Assembly: GCF_006345805.1 (NCBI RefSeq)
Contig: NW_021825323.1
Coordinates: 1,229,440 to 1,293,439 of the forward strand
Length of the DNA stretch: 64,000 nt
From: Octopus sinensis
Taxonomy: Eukaryota
Direction: 5' to 3'
In this document: positions 26,960 through 40,501 of the stretch, in pieces
Layout: each line of letters starts with the position of its first letter
Numbering within the stretch: position 1 is the first letter of the stretch
Position numbers and translations under genes: made by a program
Notes under the pieces: model-generated
Database searches by the model: none
What the model was told of the DNA's origin: nothing
The model's input: the letters and a program-made list of their open reading frames with translations, nothing else

Positions 26960-28900
26960 TTATCGAGACGAAACAACCTTGAAACTAATTAGAAGGAGAA
27001 CTTGAGCTATTTCGACGTAGACAAACTGCGTGTTGGAGGCTGCCCTGTCCTGGGGTGAGTGAGGAGGATACTTTCATAATAGTCACGTCGTCTCGATATT
27101 TGGCAAACCCACTCTCCTTACTCCGCTTGTTCTTTATGAATATCACGAAACACGTGGACACACCAGATGACTGACTGAAGAAGAATTGAACCACCACCAA
27201 GTAAAAATTATAGGTGAGGTAGGCGGATGTGTGGTGTCCCTTCATGGATATTCCACCAAATGGGACTCCCTCTATGCACACTGTGGACAGATGGGTTTTT
27301 CTTGTCCGTAGGAATGATCACGTACTTGGGAATAAATGAAGGTACAACTCTGTAGAACGAGTTGGGATGCAGATCCGACACCTTAAACCAACCCAAGTGG
27401 AGTAACTGTGACTTGGTGTCGTTTGTAGACCCAATTTTGTTATATTAATCATGTCAGGAAATACAGAAAGTTGCTGATGATGAAATTGAGTTGGCTGTCG
27501 TCATGAATGATAGTCCACTCTGCGTGCTTGAATATACCTCGAAGGTGTGAAGTGAGGCAGTGAGGGTCAGTGAGTGGGCTCACAAGTGATGTCTCCTCTT
27601 ATTATAGCAACTAAGAATACAAAAAGGAGGACTGATACCACAACATATTTGACAGTTCTTGACTTGTACTGTACAACTCCTTTCGTTCACAATTTAGATG
27701 ATCACTGAGTATTGCCATTTGTTAGTCGATATCGACAGAAGCATTGTGAATGTCTCCAGACTGTCCTCGTCCTCGAAGGGAGGCTGACCATCACTCACCA
27801 ACAATTCATCTATGGCCGCGTAGGACAAGTAGAATATGTCACAACGACACTATTCTCTCTACATTTCCATTTTTTGAATATGGCATTAGCAAAATACTTC
27901 GTAAATATGCCCACTCACCTGCATTAGCAAAGTCAACCAACTTCTCTCTGGATTCGACCATCTTTTGACGGTGACTAAATCCAGCAACCTGTTCGTGTTG
28001 TTCGATTCAGGAGATTATCCCCGAAAATAAATTGCGTCGGAGAATGATCCCTTATTGGTAGTGATTTACCAACTCATAAAAGACGGCTCTGTTCTCCTTA
28101 GTCCATCAGTGTTCTTCACTATTACATTGTGTTTGTGTGGATATCAAAATAACCACGTGCCTGGTAGGTTGACTCGGTCTCGGATGGGGGAGTGGTAATA
28201 TTGCAGTCTAAAAAGGTGACAAAAAACACTTATGAGTCAAACTTAATCAGAAAATTGGCTTCCTCACTTTTATTCCCGAACAAGTCAACGTTAAGTCTCT
28301 CCTATATGAAATTGAAAGACTTGATTTTCCACACAGTCACTGGTCGTCTGAGTACATTCCCTTAAAGGGGAAAGAACGAGTATTCCAGGGAACTGTCCAA
28401 GGACAAGGAGCCCCCTTTTAGTTGTACCCCATAAACCATTTCCCCGATCATCCAGTATTAAATCACAAAACTGTCGAGATTAAGAGCAATGTTGAACTCC
28501 CTACTCATAGTAGAATGCCATCACGTAAAATGGCGAGAAAGTCGTATTCTTTTGTAGAATGATTGTCCAAAGAGTGGACCCAACTTTCATAAGAGTAGTT
28601 TATATAAAAAATAAAGTTGTAAATAATATTTTGTAGGTCAATTTTTCAGTCAATTTTTAAGACTTTACGGTCAATTAAATTGGCTTTTGAAGGGGAATTT
28701 CTATTTTTTATGTCAATAAAAATGTTACTCTACTGATGAGAGTAACCACAGTTGTTCTAAGTCGAATTGTATGGGTCATTCGTAAGGCAATACATCAACG
28801 ATAACTTTAGTCGGGCTCTCCAATTGTCATGAAAGACGTAGCGAAACATGTCGAACCAACTCAACTTTGGGACTGCAATCACGACTGGGCGACGTTATCA
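26960..28900 (-). pseudogene. Unidentified pseudogene remnant (copy B; about 385 bp longer at 26960-27345)
   Basis: Homologous to 4180-5750, with the same intron-like signals and many stops. Confidence 0.35.
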
Positions 28901-30041
28901 AGTCAAGGCAGTGGAAAAATTTGAAGAGAGAAGGGTCAATGCTGGGTCCATATGCCACACTCACGTGACTGACTCTACAATCCCTACGTTACAAATACTC
29001 GAATCGAGGTCGTAAAAATACTTGAGGGGAAACAGTGACTTTCGAATCTCGAAATCCCCGAATGGAATGGCGACTTGGTCTACCAGAGGACACAATAGTC
29101 AACTCAAATATGTCCCCATCAGTTCTGCCCCTCCAAACAGTCCCCAAAAACCGACAATTATTCCGAAGAATAATAGACAGGGAATAGTCCCGGAGAGTAG
29201 TCTTCATTTCTTCAAACTCGAAAACGACAAAAGAGAGTGCTGAATGATGTCTCCCCACTGTCAAAACTACTCCTCACTCACACAATCCACCATTCAGACT
29301 CCACTCGCTTAATAAACCCCAAAATATTGTCCTCTCCAAAAACGGAGGGATCTGACAAGGCTTTGAGGGAGACCCCTTTTAGACCGACAGATGGTTTTGA
29401 TCCCTTCTTGTTGCCGACGGTGAATCCCCACTCGCTCAATGTCCTACTGAGGAGTGTTCGTGGCAGTCTACATAAATCGACGAGTCTGTCCATCACTCAA
29501 CAATAAAACAAGGACACATGGAGATGAAATCAGTTGGAGAAGTAAAAAATAAATAAATTTATATCCAGTTAATAAAATCCATAAAACTCCAGACTAAGTC
29601 AAAATCCTCAAGAAACGACAAATTCATGATCAAGATCAAACTTGTCTCCTTTGGCCTTAAGCTTAGCTTTAATTTGTTCAAAAACGGGAATTTCCTAAAA
29701 TAGACATTAAATAAAATACTTTGACATCTCCTTCAGAGTCGATTACGTTGATAGCCACAGCACTGTGCTTGGAGAAGTAAAAACTAGTCAAAGCATGGTG
29801 AGTGTCACTAATCTCGACAACAACACTGTCCGACTTGTCCACGTTTACAGATGGGCACTGTCCGAGAATCTACCATGACAGTCCAAAAGACCTTAATTTT
29901 GACATCCTGAGAATTGAACAAGATGAATGGTCACAGGAACAAGATGAATGGTCACAGGTGTAGTGAATAGCATATACTTCAAAAGTCGGCATAATAGTTC
30001 ACAAATAAAATACACAAAATTAATAATATAACACCCATTAA

Positions 30042-32132
30042 GGAGCAAGCTCTCATTAACCAATGTTTGAACAAGGAGTACGGGAATGGCCTTTATTCTG
30101 CTTGGGTCGATGTGAAGAATGCATATGACTCAGTTGATCATGATTTTTTGTTTCACGTTTTGGATTGTTCTGGAATCCCGCTTTGGATCGTAAACTTTGT
30201 GAAGAGCGTAGTTAAGAAGTGGGCAGTAAAGCTGCATATGGAAGGTAGAAGAATTGGATCAGTGAAGTTAAACCGAGGAATTTTACAGGGAGACTCATTG
30301 TCTCCTTTACTATTTGTTATGGTATTAGATCCTCTAAGCAGGATCCTTAATTCCGTGTTTCCAAAACTTGAAATTAACCAGGAAGATCCCAATATGTTAA
30401 CATATTCTACTAATCATTTGCTATTTATTGACGATCTAAAAATATTTGCTCTCAAACAAGACACTTTACTCAAAATGATGGAAGCTGTTAACGGATTTTT
30501 TAAAATTGTTGGTTTGGAGATGAATTCAGAAAAATCAGCGTCTAATTTGGAATCATTATCATGTTGTAAGACTATTGACGGAATCAATGGATATCGGTAT
30601 TTGGGTGTACTTGAAGATGGTGGAAGCAATGTTCTTAAGAATAGAGTTATGGACTCTATCTTTGAGAATGTTAAGAAGAGGATAACTATGCTATCGAAAA
30701 CAAAACTCAACTCTGTGAATCTGTTTCGTGCTATAAATGAATATGAATTGTCACTATATAATTATTATATTAGGCTAATCAATATTGAACCTTCTGAATT
30801 TGATGATATTGACAGACAAATACGGCAATTGCTTACGTCGCTCAGATTACATCTCAAACCTGCAAATAAAGAGAGACTGTATTTAAACCGGAAGGCTCTT
30901 GGAAGAGGGCTTTCATCAGTTGCTTTCAAAAGTGAACTAATGCTCTTTCAGTTCCTTACGAGTCTGGAAAATATGTCAACTATATGTTTACGGAGGGCGG
31001 GGATTATGCGTGTAATTAAAATGAATAAATGGCATTTGGCTATGATCGCAGGATTTCTATCCTCCAAATATGCAATTATTGATAAGAAAAGTATTACTAT
31101 GGAGTCTCTAAAGTCCAGTCAGATACAATATTTACAAAAGAAAATTAGTTCTAAAGCACTACATTCTGTGCTTTTCAAATGTGTGGATGAACCTAATGGT
31201 GATTTACCTGCATCCTCAGAATGGCTATCTAATGGAAATAATGGGCCACGAAGAGAAGCATTGTATTGTCTTTTGCAAGATCGAAACTTGTTTTTTGCAT
31301 CCGCTGACTCATTATGCAATCATTGTAAGAAAAGCAAGAAAACTGTTGACCACATGGCTACTCAGTGTGGTAAAATGCTCAACAGTGATTATCTCCGGAG
31401 ACACAACGAAGTTGTGAAGTGTATTCACCTTAACTTGTGCCGAATGTATGGACTCAAAAAAGCAAGACGATTGAAGGGACATTCTGTTCAGTCAACACTG
31501 TCGACGGGAAAAGTTGAAATCAGGGTTGATTGTACAATTCTCACCGAAACAAAAGTAGAATATAACAAGCCAGATATCTTTGTCCACGACAAAGTCAGAA
31601 ACGAAATAAATCTAATTGAAGTGGGTATTACTTCACAGGATTGCCTCAAGCAAGTGGAGGTTGAAAAGTGTCACAAGTATGACCTATTGGCAAGTGAGCT
31701 TTCGCTTCTGTATAGCTGTCAAGTAAAAATAATTCCTGTGGTTATGACATGGGATGGAGTTGTCTCGAAATGCTTCAAAAATTATATGAAGAAACTATCT
31801 ATTGAAGCAGGAACGAGGACATACATCCAATCCGTTGTACTGAAAAGAACGCTCGAGAGTATGATGATCGAACACAAGCACGGAATGAAGGTATCTGGTG
31901 AAGAATACGCTTCTGCTTCCAACCGGTATGTGGAGATGGCATGCAAAAATGAAGACGACCCAATGAATGCTAAAGAAGATGCAATGGTTGAATCAGATGT
32001 GGTAGTGGGGAGTAAGAGGCAGCTGGAAGTAGACTCTTCTTCCAAGAGAAGGAGAGTGGATATCAGCGAGCTGGAGTGAGATCTGCTTAGTTTCTGATTA
32101 AGTATTAATTTATTATTGGTTTAAAAACGGGA
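30042..32132 (+). mobile_element. 5'-truncated R4/NeSL-like (RT + CCHC + restriction-like endonuclease) retrotransposon; uninterrupted ORF 30067-32079 (670 aa)
   Basis: RT motifs WVDVKNAYDSV, GILQGDSLSPLLF, FIDD and YRYLG; Zn knuckle CNHC...H...C; RHN; KPD...IEV endonuclease. TSD ataacacccattaa (30028-30041 and 32133-32146); empty site at 7242-7255. Confidence 0.95.
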
Positions 32133-32545
32133 ATAACACCCATTAATATTGTAATCTATCTTAACGATTATTCACTTAAAAAACAAAATACTACATTACA
32201 AAAATACGTGGTTAAATTCCTAAAAAATCGTTAAAAATACGAAATCAATAAAAAATAAACAAAATCTTTTGAAAAGTAAAAAAAGTTGTACAAAATATAA
32301 TCAGTGTCAGTAACTGCTTCCAATTAGTACATTCTTCCAAATCTTCCCTATAGATTAAAAATAGGATTAACCACTCTCTAACAGGAATAAAAATTTCCAA
32401 TAATATTAAAAAATATTATAATTAAAAGAAACAATAAATTCAATTAATTTGAAACTAAATGTTTTATCGTTTTTTGTTGTGCACTTGATAATTTAGCCAT
32501 TTTTTGAACATTAAAATTCATCAATAAAAAATCAGAAACAATTTT

Positions 32546-34381
32546 ATGTGCACAGAAAATCACAAAGACAACAATCTTATCCGCCTAATTCGCATAGAAA
32601 CTGCATTTAACGAGTAACAAAAATACGACTAACCCAAATTAGTTGTCTCTCCGTGTCGTTGATCCCCTCATTTGTCACTTTTGACCAATTCATAACACAA
32701 ATCAGAGGCTTTGTTGACGTCGACGAAAACAAGCCAATGACCGTCAAATGGATCGACCCCGAAGGTGACCCGATCATCTTGTCCTCTCAAATTGAGTTCC
32801 TGGAAATGATTCGAGTAGCCCTCAGTTTTCCCGACCCCCGAATTCGGGTCCACAGTAACCGATTTTTGATTTATGTTAGTTTTTTTAGCAGTGCCAGAAA
32901 AGCCAGGAGTGTTGTGTCCGAATGAAACATGTTTTATTACTTATTTATAATTAGGGAACATGTATCGGCGAGGTATCAAACATATGCTCAAGATATATCA
33001 AATCCGAGGACATTCCTACTCCAACAAATTCCCCAGAAAAGTTAATATTTCACTAAAAACTGTTTTTTAAGAATATTCCGTGTGTTTACTGTCATCAGAG
33101 TGTTTGGAGATTTTTCTCAAACTCGCTTTCGTGTAGTAAATGCAATCTTTTTGTCCACAAACGATGTTATCGAGCTTACCAGGGCACGTGCGGAGGGGTC
33201 TCCCAGGTTTCCGAAGATGGCTCAGAAAAATTGAACGTTTCGGGGGATTTTGAAGAAGTTTAATAATTTCTAACTCGGCAAGGAAAGTGAATTTGAGAGT
33301 GACAAAGTTGAGTTGAAAAATTTTCGGTTTTTGTCGGTTATCGGAGCCGGAAGTTACGCCAAAGTATTTGCGGCGGAATTTCGTCCAACGAAAAAGATTT
33401 ATGCTCTCAAAGTGATTTTAAAGTCCATTTTATTTGACCACAGCGAGGTTAAATAAACTCACTTTTTGTAGGATTTGGAGAGTGTTTTTATTGAGAAGGA
33501 AGTCTTCAGGATTTCAACCCTCAACTACTTCCTGGTGGGTCTCCACTCGACTTTCCAGACCAGGAATCGGTAAGAATTAAAAAATGAGTTCAGACTTGTT
33601 TTTGTGATTGATTTTGCCAACGGAGGTGACCTCATGTCGCACATGGAACAAATGCAGCGACTTCCCGAGGATCATTCACGGTTTTATGGCGGGGAAATAA
33701 TTTTGGGACTCGACTATCTTCATTCGAGATGTGACCTCGACCTTCTGCGGGACTCCGAACTATTTGGCCCCCGAACTGATAACTGGCCCGAATTATGGTG
33801 GAATGTGCTTTCCTGGCATTTTCAGGGTTTCAGGTGGATTATTGGGCTTTGGGAGTGTTGATGTATGAATTGATGTCCGGAAGATCCCCCTTCGAGGTCC
33901 CCCCGAATATTGGAGAGGGATTCCAAGAGGAGTATCTCTTCCAGAGTGACTTGTGGTTTACTATTTAAGTGATTGTTAACAAAAATGTGAGAATTCCGCG
34001 GTTTCTGAGTTCCTCAGCCTCCAGTTTAGTGCAGGAGTTACTCGATCGAGTATTCCTGTTTGTTGTATGTTTAGGCCCCGGCGACGAGGTTGGGGTGTAA
34101 TTTGGAGACGGGGAGAACGGATTTGGAGACTCACAGTTTTTTCCGTTCCGTCGACTGGGAGGCACTGAAAACACGTTCAGTTGTTCCGCCGTTCAAGCCG
34201 AATGTTTCAGACAGGAATGACCTTTCTAAAATACCGGAGACATTCACTAAGCGACGTCTTCGATTTACAAAACAATTTCCGTTTTGTTGTTGTTTAATAT
34301 ATATACAGTGACGTGGCTTCTCGGGTGGATCAGTCAGTCTTTAAGGATTTTAATTTCATTAATGAGGAACATTTTGAATAG
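32546..34381 (+). pseudogene. aPKC: Atypical PKC, copy B; catalytic loop deleted
   Basis: Near-identical to copy A, but the junction at 33727/33728 removes [12 protein letters not shown]...DYGLCK (net 141 nt) and frameshifts. The downstream [33 protein letters not shown] is canonical. Confidence 0.9.
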
Positions 34382-34518
34382 TCTGCAAAATATGTGGCTT
34401 ATGCCATTTTTTATTTTAATCACTTTTTATTTAAATAATTTTCTATTTTTAACTATCATAGTTTTTCATGTAAATAAAGTTAGATGGTTTTTTTAGATTT
34501 TTAATTTATGTTTTTTTA

Positions 34519-37500
34519 GTCGGTTTCGATATCTGATTGCATTCTATTTTCCGGGACTTTTACCCACATAAATATAAAAGTAATAATAAATATATTTAAA
34601 ATAATTAAAGAAACACGTGGATTGCATAGACTTTCCAACCGGAACATATCTTAAAGAAATCAGAATAATCCCAAACGACATTGAAGTCAACCAGAAAAAA
34701 ATAAGAGGGTTTCTTGTTGTGATAATCTCAGATGCACATCCCTGAACAGTTTTTTGGTCGAATTGCACGTTTTTGATATCGCAACGCGGGAATTCCTCAT
34801 CGTCAACACGTATAGTCGACAATTTGATTGATTTAGTGTTCAATATGACCAAAATTCAACATTTATGAGCACAATTGACTACAAAGTATTTTCCCCTCAC
34901 AATTCAGATGCCCACAACCTGTCTAGTCTTGAGAGGAAGCTACAAGAACATCACTCTCGTGGTAATCGGGATTGCCTCTCCGCAGTTTCCCAGAGAGTTG
35001 AGGGTCAATCGTTAGTCGTCTATTAATTAATGTCGTGATTAGCATGTGGATCGAGCTCACTAGATCCCAACATGAACTATGTATTACAAATAATCATTTT
35101 ATATAGAGTTTCCCCAATTATACTCCTGACGATGCTTTGAAAAGTATTTTTTTAATAAAGCTACTTTTTAGAATTAATATTATTGAACGATGATGACTCA
35201 GACTTGGAAAATTGTCCACAAACTGTAAATATTCATGTTTATATTTCAGAATGAATTGCTTTTTGCTTTATTGAACTCATTTGATGAACAATTGACCCCC
35301 TTGGAGGAAAAAGATGATATTTCTGGTTTTGTTAGTCAAAATGAGGTTGATTCTTTTTTTGAATTTGTCAAAAATGAATTAAAATCCGAAATGTATTCAA
35401 AAACTGGCTCCATTTGTAGGTTTGATCGAAAATCGTGTAAAGATTACATTTTAAAAATGCCGTTTTTGTTGAAGAGAATTGAAAAGTCAGAGAAGTCAAA
35501 ATTCGAATGTTTTGAGTTTGTGAGATTCGTAGTGTGCACACAGTCACTGATTGAATGGCTGGTCTTGGTTTTTACTGACATTCCCACAAAGAGCTCGGAG
35601 ATTTTGAAAATAGGCTTTTCTCTAATCGAGCAGTTGGCCGAAACTGGGAATTCTGTGGCTGTCCGTGTTCTTGAATCTCCGTTGGTTTCAATCTGGCTCA
35701 ATGAGTTGGCAAAATCCGAATTGACGGTCACCCTGAAGATGAAGTTTATTCTTTCATTTAGCACTCTTCTCCGGTCTTCGGAATGCTTTGATATTTTGAC
35801 TATGCACAATTCTTCTCTTCAAGATTTATTTGACTCAATCAGCGAGGTCCCTGATGTATGTTTATTTGTAGAGTGGCATTCAGTCTATTAGACTAAGAGC
35901 AACTGTTCAGACTCTCTTGTCCAAGTTGGAGATTTGGCAGACACTCAAATCAATTGGAGAAAGTCTCAGAATGACAAAGGAATTGGAAAATGTCTACAAT
36001 GTCCATCAAGTTATCAAAGACTTGGAGTTTCTCATCAAAATATATTCTCACTCTCAAACTGAGTTGGAAAATGTATTCAGTGGATGTTACTTGTTGGTAG
36101 ATTTCAGTATTGTGTTCCCCGAAGACGTTTCATTTGGGGATCCACGTTGATTCATTCGGGTTAATCCACACCCTTTTGGAAGAATTGTACTTTTCACTAA
36201 TTATCTTTTTTTTGAATAGTCGTGTTTTTGAATGTGTCGATCGTCTCATTTCTAACTCTCCCCATTTGCTACTTCAGGATAAAAACGACTTTGTTTGGTC
36301 GTTTTGGAGTTTTGTGATGACCTTGTCTTCAACCTACAAAGGATTGCTTTTTCTTTTGAAGTGTCCTCCTTTTTTCAACGCGTTTATTGACGTGGATCTT
36401 CGTTTTTTTGAATCAACGCGTTCTGTGTTGATATCAAGTTATTGTGAGTTAATTTGCCGACTTCATTCAATTCGGTCTGCTGAAAATTTGAGAGATTTAC
36501 TTTTTGGTTTTTTACGTTTTTATTTATTTTAGACGAGAACTGTGCCATTGACTCCTTTTCCGACGTGATTGAAAAAATCCTCAAAATGTGTTCTCACGCA
36601 CACGGGAGGAAGGCCATGGTTGCTGTTTTTGAGATGGAGGATAATTTTGATTTGATTGTTAGTCTTTTTGTGAGGATTTTCGGTATATTAATCACATTAA
36701 CTGTTTTAGAAAATGAGTGCTCGTCACTGGAGTGTGGCTGTTCTCGGTTATTCGGTCGTTTTTTGTCGAATATCATCGAATCGGCTACGTCTGCTAGATT
36801 TTTTAGGTTTTTAACAACTCAGCTTCTGCCTCTGCTAAAGCAAAGTATGTGTAATGGAGTTGTATGCAAGATATAGATGACGATGAGTGCTTATCCAGTT
36901 TAAGGGAATTGCTGCAACAAATAAGCAGATTCGACTGGACGGAGGATGAGTGTATGACCGAGGCTGTCTCCACCATTGCACATTACTCCCAGAATTTGTC
37001 ACATCAGCCATTTGGACTGCTTTGTGTGATGAGAATGTGCAGTGATGTCATTAATCCCAAACATCGTGACGAGGAAAACCAAAGCAAGTTTCAGAGGCTT
37101 TCGTTTCTTCTTTATTTTGTGTCTGCTAATGGATTCCGTTGTCTGTTCGAACTGATAAATGTTTTTCACATATTTCTGGATTGTTCTAGAATATTCTAGC
37201 CATCGCTGAACCAGCTTGGTTGTTCTTTGCCCCTTCTGTAGAAGTAATGACTTATTTTTTGACCCTGCTCCTCCCAACGTTGCAAATTATCCTCACTTTT
37301 GTACGAGAGGTGTCAGAATGCGGATGTCCAGTTGTCGACTTTAGTCTTTATGTTCTCTAGTTTAAAGATTCGGCCATTTTCTGTCCTTTGCTTCGTTGTT
37401 GGAGTTTAGTTTTTCACCTTCCGGTTGGATCCAACAACAAAAATGAAGTATTCTGTTTGTCTCCAATTAGTAGATCACTTGCACTGTGATTGACATTTTG

Positions 37501-39066
37501 ACAGAATTCATCCATTCGGAAGACACCTGTTCTGACTTGGGTTTTCTGGGTTGTTTAACTGTAGATTGCATGTGGGTTACAATGGTGAGGGAAATGCTTT
37601 CGAATATGCTCTATTCTCCTGAATATTACATCCCAGGTCTGAATTTGCTGTCCTCTCTACTGCCCCCTCCAATTGAGCTCGTCCAAACTTCTACTTTCCG
37701 CCTTCTGTGGGAAAAACATCTAATGGTAGTCAAGTTGGATATTGGCAAGATGCTCAGAACTCTTGGAAGTTGGTTTTTTGCACAAACACGCAGTTTCGTC
37801 CTCCATTCCAGTTCGACGTCGTCTTTTGCGAGTTTTGCGTCAACTTGTGGATTTGGGTGTAGAAATGGGGACATTTGTCATTCGGTGTCTGCTTTTGTTT
37901 CATTTGTAGGTCGTTGGTGTTGCTTGTGTGTGATTTTGTCAACGAGGGTGAAGACCTGATGGTTCGAGGGGATCAAACGATGAATCTTTGTGCCCTTTTC
38001 GCACTCGAGTTGTTTGTTGCCATTGCTGGAAAGACAGAAATTGGAATGTCTTGTTTTGCGTGTCTTCTTCTAAATTCAAGGTCATGTTTGATCACATTTT
38101 GTAGTGAATCTGCATTTTTTGAAGCGTTTTTATTGACCCTCGTCAGGATATTTGAGGGCGACCCATCCAGAAATGAGGTCATGACTAATCTGGGTCAACA
38201 GATTACCGCGGTTTGACTTTATTTCAATATTTTAGACTTATTTCGAGTATTTATGTTCATATTTTCCATCAAATAAGGTTTTTTTGTGTTTATGAAGATT
38301 TTCAGATTTTCCAATATTTGATGCCACTGTTTATAAACAAGACTTTTGGTCGAATTTGTCAGGCTCTGATTCACCACATTCTCTGCTCAAGACGTGACTC
38401 GGTCAATGTGTCCATTCATACTGTTGAGTTACTGGCTTGTAGAGGAAATGCTGGATTGATATTCGAGTTAACCAAATTTAGATTATTTGTAGAGCCTTGG
38501 GTAATATGAACTCACTGGGGTCTGATTTCCACTCTTTTATTGATTCCTGTTTTAATAGTTCTTTGATAGATTTGCTAATATCTGTCATTCGACTGCTGGG
38601 TTGTCTCGTTGTACATTTTCAAAGACAATTTTGACTTATTAGAGAAGGCTTTGCACAGTGAAGCGGGAATGAATTTTGTGGATAACTACATGTCTGATCA
38701 CCTACATTTGAGGCGGTAGTGTTAAATATGAGTTAGGTGTAGAGAACATTCCATGTTGTATGACACGAGTGGACAGAGTAGAGGAATACGGGCTTATGTT
38801 GCCCCAATGCGTGGTCGGAGAATTGGAGGACGGGGAATGTCAGTCTCGGCTATTCGGAGTTCAAATAGCAGTAGATATTCGTCATTGCACATTGATGAAT
38901 TTAAACGACTGACAAACCCTACTTTGAATGTTTATTTGTGCATTTATATTCATAGACCACACCCTTGCCAGAACAGTCGGATAACGACGATCTGACCTAC
39001 CTCACAAGTTTGTCCCCATCAGACCATGGTTGTAGGTTTTATTACCGGAAATCATTAATTTGTTGA
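34519..39066 (+). pseudogene. VIRMA: Virilizer / VIRMA, copy B (start codon lost; internal deletion)
   Basis: A 55-nt deletion (equivalent to 11350-11404) removes the upstream region and AT of the ATG. The 377 nt equivalent to 15497-15873 are replaced by ttca at 38618-38621. Confidence 0.85.
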
Positions 39067-39126
39067 TCACTTTTTGTTTTTTATAAAAATTTTTAAAGGA
39101 GTTAATGAATTAGTGAAATTATGGAG

Positions 39127-39401
39127 TTAGACGTCAGTTATATAGTCATTCGGATTCTTGCGATGTGCCTGTTCAAATTCATTATCGGCTCATTTGATGG
39201 TGAGATAGCCCAGTGCGATGGCTAAGTGATTGTGGCACTACTCTTACGTGTGGCCACAGTTATGAAACTACGTTTGAAGCGATAAATCAATTTGGGAATT
39301 CCGTTTTTGAAATAGCCTGGATATGCTTTTTGTGCAAAGGGGGAAATTGTGAATTCCACAACTCCGCGAATGTGACCCAAGTTTCCAAATTCTTTTCCCA
39401 T
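39127..39401 (-). CDS. UQCRQ: Cytochrome bc1 complex subunit 8 (QCR8), copy B, intact, 82 aa
   Basis: MGKEFGNLGHIRGVVEFTISPFAQKAYPGYFKNGIPKLIYRFKRSFITVATP/IALGYLTIKWADNEFEQAHRKNPNDYITDV*, with one 26-nt GT-AG intron. Matches the UQCRQ family (MGREFGNL...SPFEQRAYP...GIP...RKNP). Confidence 0.92.
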
Positions 39402-39486
39402 CTACAAATATAAAAACTGCCACACAAGCGTACACTCTAATGTTGCGTTTTAATTATATTTATACTTTAATAAAAACTATATAAAT

Positions 39487-39790
39487 GTGTTTAATCTTAA
39501 ATAGAAAAACAAATGAGCGAAAATGATTATCATAATCTTAAGCTGCTGATGATCAAAAAGACGTTGCCCTTTAGGATCGCAATGGATATTCTTTGGAACA
39601 ACCATTGCTTCTCCCGAGGCTCTCTCCGTCTTCTCGAGATCAGATTCCCGATTTTAACGACGAGTTCAAACGATTTTTGGCTCATGGCCCCGGAGGTTTC
39701 TACAGATATTGGGGAGAAGATAAAGTTGTCTAGCAGGTTGGAATATTTCTGAGCTTTATGTACCTCAGCCTTCTCAGCGGCTGAGCCTGG
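39487..39790 (-). mobile_element. 5'-truncated CRE-like 3' end (304 bp)
   Basis: PGSAAEKAEVHKAQKYSNL...PISVETSG...FQRISIAILKGN. TSD actatataaat (39476-39486 and 39791-39801); empty sites in copies A and C. Confidence 0.9.
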
Positions 39791-40501
39791 ACTATATAAA
39801 TTATATTTTTGGTGACAAACACTAATTTAATCAGATTAAAAACAATTTAAATATCTTTGAAAAATTATTCAATCCTAATTGTGTTACCTATCTTAGTCTA
39901 CGTAGTTCACCGTCCAAAGCCTTATTTGTGGAGTTTCTCCATGATGTTTATCAGATCTTACCAGATCACCTACCAAAAACATAGAATAAAGATATTTAAA
40001 TGATAAAGCTTCCAAATTGTTTTTTATGTACTTTTATAAATTCAACTTGAAGGCTTTTTGACATCGAATTCAAAATATTGGATCATCAATTTAGAAATAA
40101 TAAGTTCCATTATTTTCATTTCTAAAGACCTCAAAGCTTATCTTTTTAATTTAGTTTTGAAAACATCTGAAATTAATCTTACCCTGCTAATACAAGTTTA
40201 AAAAAATGGTTGTCCAAAATATGGTCAGTATGAAAAGTGAAATAAATTTCTAACTAAATGAGAGGTTGGGATGAAAAATCCAAATTGATGCTCGCCTATC
40301 CAGTCTTTTCCTGACATTTAGTCAGCGAGAAGCCCTGGACTGCACTTTTTTGGAGGTCTACAAAGCCAGAAAAAAGAGAAAAATGCGTGGAGTGTCATTC
40401 CCTGCTCACTTTGAAGACTCAGAAATTAGTTAGGCAATTAATTAGTTTTTTTATTAATAAATCAAAGTTATTTTTGGTTAGTACATTACAATTAATTAAT
40501 T

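Noticed and set aside
28920-29960. GC-richer segment with ORFs 28989-29506 and an intron-like GTGAGT...TTACAG, plus a 21-bp tandem duplication at 29916-29957
   Set aside because: No recognisable protein and no consistent frame; left unannotated.
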